A stretch of 64,000 bases of DNA from an uncultured Aquimarina sp. (GCA_947489685.1 CANLEM010000007.1:61310-125309); one strand, 5' to 3'. Numbered from the stretch's first letter, positions 52,058-63,286 are shown. The notes: generated by a model not told the origin, from the sequence alone. Translations and numbers: made by a program.

Positions 52058-52067
52058 TAAACAATTC

Positions 52068-53408
52068 ATGAAATTTATTGATACAATAAAAAACATTTGG
52101 AAAATCGAAGAACTAAAAAATAGAATCTTAGTTACACTGGGATTACTTTTGGTTTATCGTTTTGGAGCACAAGTTGTACTGCCTGGTGTAGATGCATCAG
52201 AATTAGCAAACCTAGGAACTCAAACCCAAGATGGTTTGTTAGGATTGCTTAATGCGTTTACAGGAGGAGCATTTGCGAATGCTTCAGTATTTGCTCTTGG
52301 TATTATGCCGTATATTTCGGCTTCTATTGTTGTGCAGTTGATGGGTATTGCAATACCTTATCTTCAGAAACTTCAAAAAGAAGGAGAAAGTGGTAGAAAA
52401 AAGATCAACCAAATTACACGATGGTTAACAATAGCTATTACTTTGGTTCAAGGACCAGGATATATTTATAACTTGTTTGCAACACTTCCGCCAGAAGCGT
52501 TTGTTCTTCAAAATCAAACTGTATTTGTTGTGTCTTCTGTAATTATACTTACAACTGGTTGTATTTTTGCAATGTGGTTAGGTGAGAAAATTACGGATAA
52601 AGGTATTGGTAATGGTATTTCATTACTTATTATGGTTGGTATTATAGCTACTTTACCTCAATCATTTGTACAGAATTTCTCATCAAGAGTTTCTGGTGAT
52701 GGTGGAGGAATGATTATGGTATTAATCGAATTAGTAATCTGGTTCGTTATTATTCTGGCATCTGTATTACTGGTTATGGCCGTGCGTCAAATTCCAGTGC
52801 AATATGCTAGAAGAACAGCAAGCGGAGGTTATGAAAAGAATGTTTTTGGGTCACGTCAGTATATTCCTTTAAAGTTAAATGCTTCAGGAGTAATGCCAAT
52901 TATTTTTGCTCAAGCGATCATGTTCGTTCCTGGGTTAATAGCAGGTAATATTTCAGAGTCTGAAACAGCTCAAGGAATAACAGCCGCCTTTAGTGATATT
53001 TTTGGACTGTGGTATAATATTGTGTTTGCACTATTAATTATTGTGTTTACCTATTTTTATACGGCAATTACAGTTCCAACAAATAAAATGGCGGATGATC
53101 TAAAACGAAGCGGTGGCTTTATTCCGGGGATTCGCCCTGGAAGTGAAACAGCAGAGTATTTGGATAAGATCATGTCTCAAATCACATTACCAGGTTCTAT
53201 ATTTTTGGCATTAATAGCGATATTTCCAGCAATAGCTGTAAAATTGTTAAACGTGCAACAAGGATGGGCATTGTTTTTTGGAGGAACATCACTACTTATT
53301 ATGGTAGGTGTTGCGATAGATACAATGCAACAGGTTAATTCATATTTGTTGAACAGACATTATGATGGATTAATGAAATCTGGTAAAAACCGTAAAGCAG
53401 TAGCATAA
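52068..53408 (+). CDS. secY: Preprotein translocase SecY
   Basis: [23 protein letters not shown] and [10 protein letters not shown], with multiple TM segments. Confidence 0.99.
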   Translation: MKFIDTIKNIWKIEELKNRILVTLGLLLVYRFGAQVVLPGVDASELANLGTQTQDGLLGLLNAFTGGAFANASVFALGIMPYISASIVVQLMGIAIPYLQKLQKEGESGRKKINQITRWLTIAITLVQGPGYIYNLFATLPPEAFVLQNQTVFVVSSVIILTTGCIFAMWLGEKITDKGIGNGISLLIMVGIIATLPQSFVQNFSSRVSGDGGGMIMVLIELVIWFVIILASVLLVMAVRQIPVQYARRTASGGYEKNVFGSRQYIPLKLNASGVMPIIFAQAIMFVPGLIAGNISESETAQGITAAFSDIFGLWYNIVFALLIIVFTYFYTAITVPTNKMADDLKRSGGFIPGIRPGSETAEYLDKIMSQITLPGSIFLALIAIFPAIAVKLLNVQQGWALFFGGTSLLIMVGVAIDTMQQVNSYLLNRHYDGLMKSGKNRKAVA

Positions 53409-53623
53409 TGGCAAAACAACCAGCAATAGAACAAGACGGAAGTATCATTGAAGCATTGTCTAATGCAATGTTTCGTGTAGAGCTTGAAAATGGTCACGTA
53501 GTGACTGCTCATATCTCTGGTAAAATGCGTATGCATTATATCAAATTATTACCAGGAGATAAGGTGAAGTTAGAAATGAGTCCTTATGATTTATCAAAGG
53601 CTCGTATAACATATAGATACTAA
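53408..53623 (+). CDS. infA: Translation initiation factor IF-1
   Basis: [15 protein letters not shown] and PGDKVKLE. Confidence 0.99.
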   Translation: MAKQPAIEQDGSIIEALSNAMFRVELENGHVVTAHISGKMRMHYIKLLPGDKVKLEMSPYDLSKARITYRY

Positions 53624-53637
53624 ATAATTTAATAATA

Positions 53638-53667
53638 TTGTTATTTAAGATTTTTTCTGTAATTTTG
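53638..53667 (+). promoter_or_regulatory. Internal promoter for rpmJ-rpsM-rpsK-rpsD-rpoA-rplQ
   Basis: TTG (53638-40), a 19-nt spacer, then TAATTTTG (53660-67). Confidence 0.65.
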
Positions 53668-53738
53668 CAGGCTGAAAAAATCTTGTTAATGATACCATCT
53701 GAAAACAAGAATTGTTTTTGGGTATTAAATAAAAAGAG

Positions 53739-53855
53739 ATGAAAGTAAGAGCATCAATAAAAAAGAGAAGCGCCGAGTGCAAGATTGTGCGTAGAAAAGG
53801 CCGACTTTACGTGATTAATAAAAAGAATCCTAGATTTAAACAAAGACAAGGGTAA
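53739..53855 (+). CDS. rpmJ: 50S ribosomal protein L36 (38 aa, non-Zn type; missed by the ORF track)
   Basis: Hand translation: [38 protein letters not shown]. Confidence 0.97.
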   Translation: MKVRASIKKRSAECKIVRRKGRLYVINKKNPRFKQRQG

Positions 53856-53857
53856 TT

Positions 53858-54232
53858 ATGGCAAGAATTGCAGGGGTAGATATACCTAAACAAAAGCGAG
53901 GAGTTATAGCATTAACCTATATCTTCGGAATTGGTAGAAGTAGAGCTAAAGAAATTTTAGACGCTGCCAAAGTAGATGAGAGCATTAAAGTTTCTGACTG
54001 GGATGATGATCAAATTGGTCGAATTCGTGAAGCGGTTGGAGCCTATACCATTGAAGGAGAATTGCGTTCTGAAGTTCAGTTGAATATTAAACGTCTTATG
54101 GATATAGGATGTTACCGAGGTATACGTCACAGAGCTGGTTTACCGCTTAGAGGACAACGTACTAAGAATAATTCTAGAACACGTAAAGGAAGAAGAAAAA
54201 CAGTTGCTAACAAGAAAAAAGCAACTAAATAA
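53858..54232 (+). CDS. rpsM: 30S ribosomal protein S13
   Basis: [10 protein letters not shown] and [18 protein letters not shown]. Confidence 0.99.
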   Translation: MARIAGVDIPKQKRGVIALTYIFGIGRSRAKEILDAAKVDESIKVSDWDDDQIGRIREAVGAYTIEGELRSEVQLNIKRLMDIGCYRGIRHRAGLPLRGQRTKNNSRTRKGRRKTVANKKKATK

Positions 54233-54240
54233 TAAGTAGT

Positions 54241-54624
54241 ATGGCAAAGTCAACTTCAAAAAAACGTAAAGTAATAGTAGAATCTGTTGGAGAAGCGCAT
54301 GTAACAGCATCTTTTAACAATATTATTGTTTCGTTAACCAATAAAAAAGGAGACGTAATTTCTTGGTCTTCTGCTGGTAAAATGGGATTCAGAGGATCCA
54401 AAAAGAACACTCCTTATGCTGCACAATTAGCAGCAGAGGATGCAGCAAAAGTAGCTATCGAGGCTGGACTTAAAAAAGTAAAAGTTTACGTAAAAGGCCC
54501 AGGTAACGGTAGAGAATCTGCAATACGTTCTATCCATAATTCAGGTATCGAGGTTTCAGAAATCATTGATGTAACTCCAATGCCGCATAATGGATGTCGT
54601 CCTCCAAAAAGACGTAGAGTATAA
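54241..54624 (+). CDS. rpsK: 30S ribosomal protein S11
   Basis: ASFNNII, KNTPYAA and [13 protein letters not shown]. Confidence 0.99.
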   Translation: MAKSTSKKRKVIVESVGEAHVTASFNNIIVSLTNKKGDVISWSSAGKMGFRGSKKNTPYAAQLAAEDAAKVAIEAGLKKVKVYVKGPGNGRESAIRSIHNSGIEVSEIIDVTPMPHNGCRPPKRRRV

Positions 54625-54758
54625 TTTTTATCCCGAACATTGTTCGGGATCTCTTTATATTATATATAACTATAATAAGTAAATCGAAATGGGGAAACAT
54701 GGTTGTCGAAGGAAAGAGACCTTAATTCATAACCACCTCAGTAACTAAATTATTAATA

Positions 54759-55364
54759 ATGGCAAGATATACTGGTCCAAAAACTAAAATCGCTCGTAAA
54801 TTTGGCGAAGCGATCTTCGGAGACGATAAGTCATTCGAAAGAAGAAATTACCCTCCTGGGCAACACGGAAACAACAGACGTAGAGGTAAAAAAAGTGAAT
54901 ATGCTATCCAATTAATGGAAAAGCAAAAAGCAAAATATACTTACGGAGTATTAGAACGTCAGTTCCGTAATATGTTTGAGAAAGCGACTCGCGCTCAAGG
55001 TATTACTGGTGAGGTTTTACTTCAACTTTGTGAATCTCGTTTGGATAACGTTGTATTTAGAATGGGATTATCAAACTCTCGTAGAGGAGCTAGACAATTA
55101 GTTTCTCACAGACACATTACTGTTAATGGTCAGCAAGTAAATATTCCTTCTTACCAATTAAAAGCTGGAGATGTTGTAGGAGTAAGAGAAAAATCAAAAT
55201 CTTTAGAGGTAATTCAAAATTCATTGGCTAATAATAGCAAGGTATATGAATGGATTACTTTTAACAATGACACTAAAGAAGGTACTTTTGTGTCTGTTCC
55301 GGCAAGAATTCAGATTCCGGAAAACATTAACGAACAATTCATTGTCGAATTATACTCTAAGTAA
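54759..55364 (+). CDS. rpsD: 30S ribosomal protein S4
   Basis: [17 protein letters not shown] and [10 protein letters not shown]. Confidence 0.99.
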   Translation: MARYTGPKTKIARKFGEAIFGDDKSFERRNYPPGQHGNNRRRGKKSEYAIQLMEKQKAKYTYGVLERQFRNMFEKATRAQGITGEVLLQLCESRLDNVVFRMGLSNSRRGARQLVSHRHITVNGQQVNIPSYQLKAGDVVGVREKSKSLEVIQNSLANNSKVYEWITFNNDTKEGTFVSVPARIQIPENINEQFIVELYSK

Positions 55365-55387
55365 TAACTCAAAGAAGAAACAATAAC

Positions 55388-56380
55388 ATGGCAATATTAA
55401 ATTTTCAGAAGCCCGATAAAGTTATCATGATCGACTCTACTGAGTTCGATGGTAAATTTGAATTTAGACCATTAGAGCCAGGATACGGGTTAACAGTTGG
55501 TAACGCTTTACGAAGAGTTTTGCTATCTTCTTTAGAGGGATTCGCTATCACTTCTCTTAGGATTGAAGGTGTAGATCACGAGTTCTCAACTATTTCTGGA
55601 GTAGTAGAAGATGTTACAGAAATTATTCTAAACCTTAAGCAGGTACGTTTCAAACGTCAGATTGAGGATATAGATAATGAATCTGTGACTATTTCTATTT
55701 CAGGTCAGGAACAATTAACGGCTGGTGATTTTCAGAAATTTATTTCTGGATTTCAAGTGTTAAATCCTGATTTAGTGATCTGTAATATGGATAAAAAAGT
55801 AGCACTTAACCTAGAAATTACTATCGAAAAAGGTAGAGGTTATGTTCCTGCTGAAGAAAATAAGAAAGCTAACGCTCCTATTGGAACCATATTTACAGAT
55901 TCGATCTATACACCTATCAAAAATGTTAAGTATAGCATTGAAAACTATCGTGTAGAGCAAAAAACCGATTACGAAAAATTGGTATTCGAAATTGTAACCG
56001 ATGGATCTATACATCCAAAAGATGCATTAACCGAAGCTGCAAAAATATTGATCCATCACTTTATGTTATTCTCTGATGAGCGTATTACATTAGAGGCTGA
56101 TGAGATCGCACAAACAGAAACTTATGATGAAGAATCACTTCACATGAGACAATTGCTAAAAACCAAGTTGATCGATATGGATCTTTCTGTTAGAGCATTA
56201 AACTGTTTAAAAGCTGCAGAGGTTGATACTTTGGGAGACCTAGTATCTTATAATAAAAATGATTTAATGAAGTTCCGTAACTTCGGTAAGAAATCTTTAA
56301 CAGAACTAGAAGAATTAGTAAATGTTAAAGGGCTTAACTTTGGTATGGATCTTTCTAAATATAAATTAGATAAAGACTAA
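55388..56380 (+). CDS. rpoA: RNA polymerase alpha subunit
   Basis: [27 protein letters not shown], and alpha-[13 protein letters not shown]...NFGKKS. Confidence 0.99.
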   Translation: MAILNFQKPDKVIMIDSTEFDGKFEFRPLEPGYGLTVGNALRRVLLSSLEGFAITSLRIEGVDHEFSTISGVVEDVTEIILNLKQVRFKRQIEDIDNESVTISISGQEQLTAGDFQKFISGFQVLNPDLVICNMDKKVALNLEITIEKGRGYVPAEENKKANAPIGTIFTDSIYTPIKNVKYSIENYRVEQKTDYEKLVFEIVTDGSIHPKDALTEAAKILIHHFMLFSDERITLEADEIAQTETYDEESLHMRQLLKTKLIDMDLSVRALNCLKAAEVDTLGDLVSYNKNDLMKFRNFGKKSLTELEELVNVKGLNFGMDLSKYKLDKD

Positions 56381-56441
56381 TCCATCATATTTTGCTCCCC
56401 AAAGCGGGTTGTAGCAAGATGATGATTAAATTAAAAATGTC

Positions 56442-56915
56442 ATGAGACACGGAAAGAAAGTAAATCACTTAGGAAGAAAAACAGCACATCGTAAAGCAAT
56501 GCTTGCGAATATGGCTTGTTCATTGATCGAACACAAAAGAATCAATACTACAGTAGCAAAAGCAAAAGCGCTTAAGCAATTTGTAGAGCCACTAGTAACT
56601 AAGTCTAAAGAGGATACTACTCATAATCGTCGTATCGTATTTGGTAAGTTACGTAACAAGTATGCAGTTACCGAATTATTTAGAGATGTTGCTCCTAAGG
56701 TAGGAGATAGACCAGGTGGATATACCAGAATTATTAAACTTGGAAATCGTCTAGGAGATAATGCTGATATGGCAATGATTGAATTAGTAGATTATAATGA
56801 GCTATACAATGCTGGTAAACCTGCTAAGAAGAAATCTACGAGAAGAGGTAGAACAAAGAAAGCTAGTGCACCTGTTGCTCCGGCACCAGAAACTACTAAT
56901 TCTGAAGAAGAATAA
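56442..56915 (+). CDS. rplQ: 50S ribosomal protein L17 (with C-terminal tail)
   Basis: MRHGKK and [10 protein letters not shown]...RLGDNA. Confidence 0.99.
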   Translation: MRHGKKVNHLGRKTAHRKAMLANMACSLIEHKRINTTVAKAKALKQFVEPLVTKSKEDTTHNRRIVFGKLRNKYAVTELFRDVAPKVGDRPGGYTRIIKLGNRLGDNADMAMIELVDYNELYNAGKPAKKKSTRRGRTKKASAPVAPAPETTNSEEE

Positions 56916-56943
56916 ATGAAGAGTGTGAATAACACATAATAAT

Positions 56944-56979
56944 AAAAGGATAAACGTTTGGCGTTTATCCTTTTTTTTT
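56944..56979 (+). terminator. Terminator closing the ribosomal cluster
   Basis: AAAAGGATAAACG-TTTGG-CGTTTATCCTTTT followed by a T-run. Confidence 0.9.
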
Positions 56980-57134
56980 GAATAATTTTGACAAAACTTA
57001 GTTCTTTTGCATGAAGAATGTAAGTGTCACTTTAAAATATAAAAATAGAACGATCATGGTTTTATGAGTTAATCAAAACTGATTTTTATGAGCGTTTTAT
57101 GAAAACTGAAACCGAAAAATTATAGTATAAATAA

Positions 57135-58244
57135 ATGAAATATCAAGCGCGCAAAAAAGCAATTCTTTTATTAGCAGATGGTACAATCTTTCATGGTAAA
57201 GCCGTTGGAAGAACAGGTAATGCATTTGGTGAAGTATGTTTTAATACAGGTACAACCGGATATCAAGAGATTTTTACAGACCCTTCATATTATGGGCAAT
57301 TGATGGTTGCAACCAATGCACATATTGGTAATTATGGGGCAAATGATGAAGAGATAGAATCAGATTCAATCAAAATTTCGGGTCTTATTGTAAAAAATTT
57401 CAGTTATGAATATTCTAGAGTTAATGCCGATAGATCGTTACAGGACTTTTTAGAAGAACATAACCTTTTGGCTATATCCGATGTGGATACCCGAGCTTTA
57501 GTAAGTTATATTAGAGATAATGGCGCGATGAATGCCGTAATCTCTACAGAAGTGGATGATATCGATAAGCTTAAAAAAGAACTGGCTAATGTACCAGATA
57601 TGAATGGGTTAGAACTGGCGTCAAAAGTGTCAACCAAAAAACCATATTTTTATGGAGATCCTAATGCGACCTATAAAATATCTGCTTTAGATATTGGAAT
57701 AAAGAAAAACATCTTGCGTAACCTTGCAAAGAGAGATGCATATATCAAAGTATTTCCATTTAATGCAACATTTGCCGAAATGAGCGAATGGGAACCAGAT
57801 GGATATTTCTTATCTAATGGGCCCGGAGATCCTGAACCTTTAACACAGGCTATTGAAACGGCTAAAAATATTATAGCCAAAGATTTGCCATTATTTGGTA
57901 TATGTTTGGGACATCAAGTTATTGCCTTGGCAAACGGGATAAGTACATATAAAATGCATCACGGTCATAGAGGAATAAATCATCCCGTAAAGAATATGAT
58001 TACAGGTAATGGTGAGATTACTTCTCAAAATCATGGTTTTGCAATTAATAGAGAAGAAACCGAAAAGCATCCAGATATAGAGATTACTCATCTACATCTT
58101 AATGATGATACGGTAGCCGGAATTAGGATAAAGAATAAAAATTGCTTTTCTGTGCAATATCACCCTGAGGCAAGTCCCGGTCCTAACGATTCTACATACC
58201 TGTTTGATCAGTTTATTACAAATATAGAGAACGCAAAACAGTAA
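57135..58244 (+). CDS. carA: Carbamoyl-phosphate synthase small subunit
   Basis: GEVCFNTG, YQEIFTDPSY, SNGPGDP, catalytic GICLGHQ, SQNHGF and QYHPE. Confidence 0.98.
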   Translation: MKYQARKKAILLLADGTIFHGKAVGRTGNAFGEVCFNTGTTGYQEIFTDPSYYGQLMVATNAHIGNYGANDEEIESDSIKISGLIVKNFSYEYSRVNADRSLQDFLEEHNLLAISDVDTRALVSYIRDNGAMNAVISTEVDDIDKLKKELANVPDMNGLELASKVSTKKPYFYGDPNATYKISALDIGIKKNILRNLAKRDAYIKVFPFNATFAEMSEWEPDGYFLSNGPGDPEPLTQAIETAKNIIAKDLPLFGICLGHQVIALANGISTYKMHHGHRGINHPVKNMITGNGEITSQNHGFAINREETEKHPDIEITHLHLNDDTVAGIRIKNKNCFSVQYHPEASPGPNDSTYLFDQFITNIENAKQ

Positions 58245-58407
58245 GCATAAAAACTTAAATCATCAGAAGCCAAAAGCACATTTTTATAATGTGTTAATCT
58301 ATAACGTTATAGTTGATAACTTACTAGGTATATTGGGGTTTCCGTGGTAAATTAAGACTTTTTAGAAGGTGTAAAAATTTACTGGTTTTGTATATTGCGA
58401 AGAATAA

Positions 58408-59724
<1,317 letters not shown>

Positions 59725-59743
59725 AAACAAAATAAATTACATT

Positions 59744-59779
59744 AAAAGAGGCTATTTGGAAAGATAGCCTCTTTTTTTT
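59744..59779 (+). terminator. eno terminator
   Basis: AAAAGAGGCTAT-TTGGAAAG-ATAGCCTCTTTT followed by a T-run. Confidence 0.88.
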
Positions 59780-59898
59780 ATGAATAATTTATAAAATGCT
59801 TTGTAAGGCTAAAAATGATGCAACGATTAATAACATATTAACGCTATATTTCGTAATTTAGCGTCCCTTACATTAACAGCAAAATTGTAAATAATCAT

Positions 59899-61185
59899 AT
59901 GTCAAAAATAGCTACGTTAGAAATCGACGGTAATAAATATGAGTTTCCTATTATAGAAGGAACAGAGAATGAATTTGGAATTGATATTAAAGCGCTTAGA
60001 GGAAGTACAGGTGGTGTTACCACTATAGATCCGGGGTATAAAAATACCGGAAGTTGTGAGAGCGCTATCACTTTTTTAGATGGAGAGAAAGGAATTTTAA
60101 GATACCGAGGATATTCAATCGAAGAACTCGCTGATAAAGCAGACTTTTTAGAGGTTTGCTATTTGTTGATTTTTGGAGAATTACCAACGGCTGAGAAGCT
60201 TGAAAAATTTGATAAAGATATTAAGGAAGAATCTCATGTAGATGAGGACATGAAGAAAATTCTTGATGGTTTTCCTAAAAGTGCACACCCAATGGGAGTG
60301 TTATCATCCCTAACAAGTGCATTGATAGCTTTTAATCCTGGATCTGTTGATGTAGATTCTGAAGAAGAAATGTATGGTGCAATTGTTAAGATATTAGCAA
60401 AGTTTCCAGTTCTTGCCGCATGGACCATGAGAAAAAGAAAAAGTCTTCCTTTAGATTATGGAGATAACTCTTTAGGCTATGTAGAGAATTTACATAAAAT
60501 GATGTTTGCAAGACCAAATCAAACATATGTAGCAGACAAAATAGTAAATGATGCTTTAGATAAATTATTAATACTTCATGCTGATCATGAGCAAAATTGT
60601 TCTACTTCAACAGTAAGAATCGTTGGTTCTTCTCATGCGGGATTATTTGCTTCTCTATCTGCCGGAATATCGGCATTATGGGGACCACTTCATGGTGGAG
60701 CCAATCAGGCAGTTATTGAGATGCTTGAGGCGATTAAAGCTGACGGAGGCGATACTGCAAAGTATATTGCCAAAGCCAAAGATAAAAATGACCCATTCCG
60801 TTTAATGGGATTTGGACACAGAGTATATAAGAATTTTGATCCTAGAGCAAAGATTATAAAGAAATCTGCAGAAGAGGTATTAGGAAGCTTAGGTATAGAA
60901 GATCCTGTTCTGGATATTGCAAAAGGATTAGCCGAAGTAGCTCTTAAAGATGAATATTTCGTAAAAAGAAAATTATATCCAAATGTAGATTTTTACTCTG
61001 GAATTATCTATAGAGCATTAGGAATCCCAACAGAGATGTTTACAGTTATGTTTGCCTTAGGAAGATTACCAGGTTGGATTGCGCAGTGGAGAGAAATGCG
61101 TCTTCGTAAAGAACCTATAGGTAGACCAAGACAAATTTATATTGGAGAAAATCATAGAGACTTTAAATCTATCGCAGATAGATAA
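59899..61185 (+). CDS. gltA: Citrate synthase (type II)
   Basis: LRYRGY, LHADHEQN, GPLHGGAN, GFGHRVY and YPNVDFYSG. Confidence 0.98.
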   Translation: MSKIATLEIDGNKYEFPIIEGTENEFGIDIKALRGSTGGVTTIDPGYKNTGSCESAITFLDGEKGILRYRGYSIEELADKADFLEVCYLLIFGELPTAEKLEKFDKDIKEESHVDEDMKKILDGFPKSAHPMGVLSSLTSALIAFNPGSVDVDSEEEMYGAIVKILAKFPVLAAWTMRKRKSLPLDYGDNSLGYVENLHKMMFARPNQTYVADKIVNDALDKLLILHADHEQNCSTSTVRIVGSSHAGLFASLSAGISALWGPLHGGANQAVIEMLEAIKADGGDTAKYIAKAKDKNDPFRLMGFGHRVYKNFDPRAKIIKKSAEEVLGSLGIEDPVLDIAKGLAEVALKDEYFVKRKLYPNVDFYSGIIYRALGIPTEMFTVMFALGRLPGWIAQWREMRLRKEPIGRPRQIYIGENHRDFKSIADR

Positions 61186-61203
61186 TAAGATGTATAAAAT
61201 TAG

Positions 61204-61237
61204 AAAAAGGGCGTTGAATTATTCTTCGCCCTTTTTT
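61204..61237 (+). terminator. gltA terminator
   Basis: AAAAAGGGCG pairs with CGCCCTTTTT around an inner GAA/TTC pair. Confidence 0.8.
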
Positions 61238-61341
61238 GTGAAAACTATAATCAGGAATGTTTGAATGATTGTTTATTTACGAATTTTGCAATACGAGCAT
61301 CTTTTTTTTGGATAAAATAGGTATCATAAATCGTCTCTTCA

Positions 61342-61349
61342 TATATTTG
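61342..61349 (+). promoter_or_regulatory. -7 element for the pentein-pentein-Rrf2 unit
   Basis: TATATTTG, about 50 nt upstream of the TTG start. Confidence 0.6.
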
Positions 61350-61400
61350 CGTAACCACTCAAACTAACAAAATTAGGTTACACTTAAAAACTCTTTTTTT

Positions 61401-62315
61401 TTGAAATTAAATATACAAAACGAAACATCAAGGCTTAGAGCTGTTGTTTTAGGAACATCGGTTAGTAACGGTCCAGTTCCGCAAATAGAAGACGCTTATG
61501 ACCCTAAGTCAATTGAGCATATCAAGGCGGGAACCTATCCCAAAGAAAAAGATATGATAGCCGAAATGGAGATGGTAGCGAAAGTTTTTAAAAAATATGA
61601 CGTAAAAGTATACAGGCCCGAAATTATCGATAACTATAACCAAATTTTTGCAAGAGATATTGCACTGGTAATAGAAGATAAATTCATAAAATCGAATATA
61701 CTTCCTGATCGAGAAAAAGAAATAAAAGCTATTCAATATGTAATTGATGAGATAGATCCGAAACAAGTTTACAAGGCACCATCCGAGGATATTCATTTCG
61801 AAGGAGGAGATATTATGATACATAACGATCATATCTTTATTGGGACTTATAAGGGGGATGATTATTCGGATTGTATAGTTGCTCGTACAAATATGAAGGG
61901 AGTAAACTATATTAAATCTTTATTTCCTAATAAGACTGTAAAAGAATTTGATTTAAATAAATCCATGCAGGATCCCAGGGATAATGCTTTGCATTTAGAT
62001 TGTTGTTTTCAACCAGTGGGAAAAGATAAAGGGATTATTCATAAAGAAGGGTTTAGAGACCCATTAGATTATGAGTATTTAGTTGATTTTTTTGGTTATG
62101 ATAACCTTTTTCATATTGATAAAAATGAAATGTATCATATGAACTCCAATGTGTTTTCGATAGCCGAAGATGTTGTTATTTCTGAAAGAAATTTTACCAG
62201 ATTGAATACATGGTTTAGAAAGCATAACATAACCGTAGAAGAGGTTGCATATGGAGAAATTGCAAAACAAGAAGGTCTATTAAGATGTTCTACCATGCCA
62301 TTAATAAGAGATTAA
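61401..62315 (+). CDS. Amidinotransferase/arginine-deiminase (pentein) superfamily hydrolase
   Basis: NETSRLRAVV, IFARD, FEGGD, HLD and C-terminal GLLRCSTMPLIR catalytic motifs. TTG start. Confidence 0.88.
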   Translation: MKLNIQNETSRLRAVVLGTSVSNGPVPQIEDAYDPKSIEHIKAGTYPKEKDMIAEMEMVAKVFKKYDVKVYRPEIIDNYNQIFARDIALVIEDKFIKSNILPDREKEIKAIQYVIDEIDPKQVYKAPSEDIHFEGGDIMIHNDHIFIGTYKGDDYSDCIVARTNMKGVNYIKSLFPNKTVKEFDLNKSMQDPRDNALHLDCCFQPVGKDKGIIHKEGFRDPLDYEYLVDFFGYDNLFHIDKNEMYHMNSNVFSIAEDVVISERNFTRLNTWFRKHNITVEEVAYGEIAKQEGLLRCSTMPLIRD

Positions 62316-62346
62316 TTGTTAAGTATATAAAGTGACAGCAAGAAAC

Positions 62347-63279
62347 ATGAAACAAATAACGAATACTATTGTAATGATTCGTCCTGTTCAATTTAGGATG
62401 AATGAACAAACCGCTGTAAACAATTATTACCAGGAGGATACCGGGATAGATGCACAGAAAGCAAATATAAAAGCTCAGCAGGAATTTGATGACTTTGCAC
62501 AAGCATTAAAAAATGTTGGAGTTAATGTGATTGTTATTGATGATGATCCCAAGAATGATACTCCAGATTCTATTTTTCCAAATAACTGGGTTTCTTTTCA
62601 TGAAAATGGAGATGTGGGGTTATATCCAATGTTTGCAGTTAACAGGAGAAGAGAACGAAGACCAGAAGTGCTGGATACGATAGAAAATTCAGGTTTTGAG
62701 ATAAAAAATATTATAGATTATACAGAAGCAGAAGATGAAGAGGTTTTTCTTGAAGGTACCGGAAGTTTGGTGCTCGATAGAGTAAATAAAAAGGCGTATT
62801 GCGCGCTTTCTCCAAGAGCAGACGAAGAGTTACTTATTGAATTTTGTGAAGATTTTGAATATACTCCTGTTATATTTACAGCATATCAAACGGTAGATGG
62901 TAAAAGACTTCCGATATATCATACAAATGTAATGATGGGTGTAGGAGAAACATTTGCTGTAGTATGTTTGGATTGTATTGATGATAAAAAAGAACGTAAA
63001 AATCTTGTAAATCATTTAAAAAATGATGGAAAAGAAGTCATAGATATTACTGAGAATCAGGTGAATAGTTTTGCAGGTAATATGTTGCAAGTTGCAGGTT
63101 CGGGAGATAAGCATTATCTTGTAATGTCATCGGCAGCATATAAAAGTTTGACCAAAGCCCAAACACAGAAAATCGAAGAGCACTGTGCAATTCTTCATAG
63201 TGACCTCAATACAATTGAGACATTAGGAGGAGGAAGTGCTAGATGTATGATGGCTGAAGTCTTTCTTCCTGCTAAATAA
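62347..63279 (+). CDS. ctlX: CtlX-like pentein hydrolase (citrulline-utilisation type)
   Basis: MIRP..F..N..TA.NN.YQ, DSIFPNNW, LEGTGS, YHTN and GGGSARCM. ATG at 62347. Confidence 0.8.
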   Translation: MKQITNTIVMIRPVQFRMNEQTAVNNYYQEDTGIDAQKANIKAQQEFDDFAQALKNVGVNVIVIDDDPKNDTPDSIFPNNWVSFHENGDVGLYPMFAVNRRRERRPEVLDTIENSGFEIKNIIDYTEAEDEEVFLEGTGSLVLDRVNKKAYCALSPRADEELLIEFCEDFEYTPVIFTAYQTVDGKRLPIYHTNVMMGVGETFAVVCLDCIDDKKERKNLVNHLKNDGKEVIDITENQVNSFAGNMLQVAGSGDKHYLVMSSAAYKSLTKAQTQKIEEHCAILHSDLNTIETLGGGSARCMMAEVFLPAK

Positions 63280-63286
63280 GTTAATT

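Noticed and set aside
57008-57024. ARG box upstream of carA (TGCAT-GAAGA-ATGTA)
   Set aside because: The half-site spacing is 5 nt rather than the 4 nt of the ArgR consensus. The nearby TTTTATGA repeats (57060-57103) are low-complexity AT sequence.
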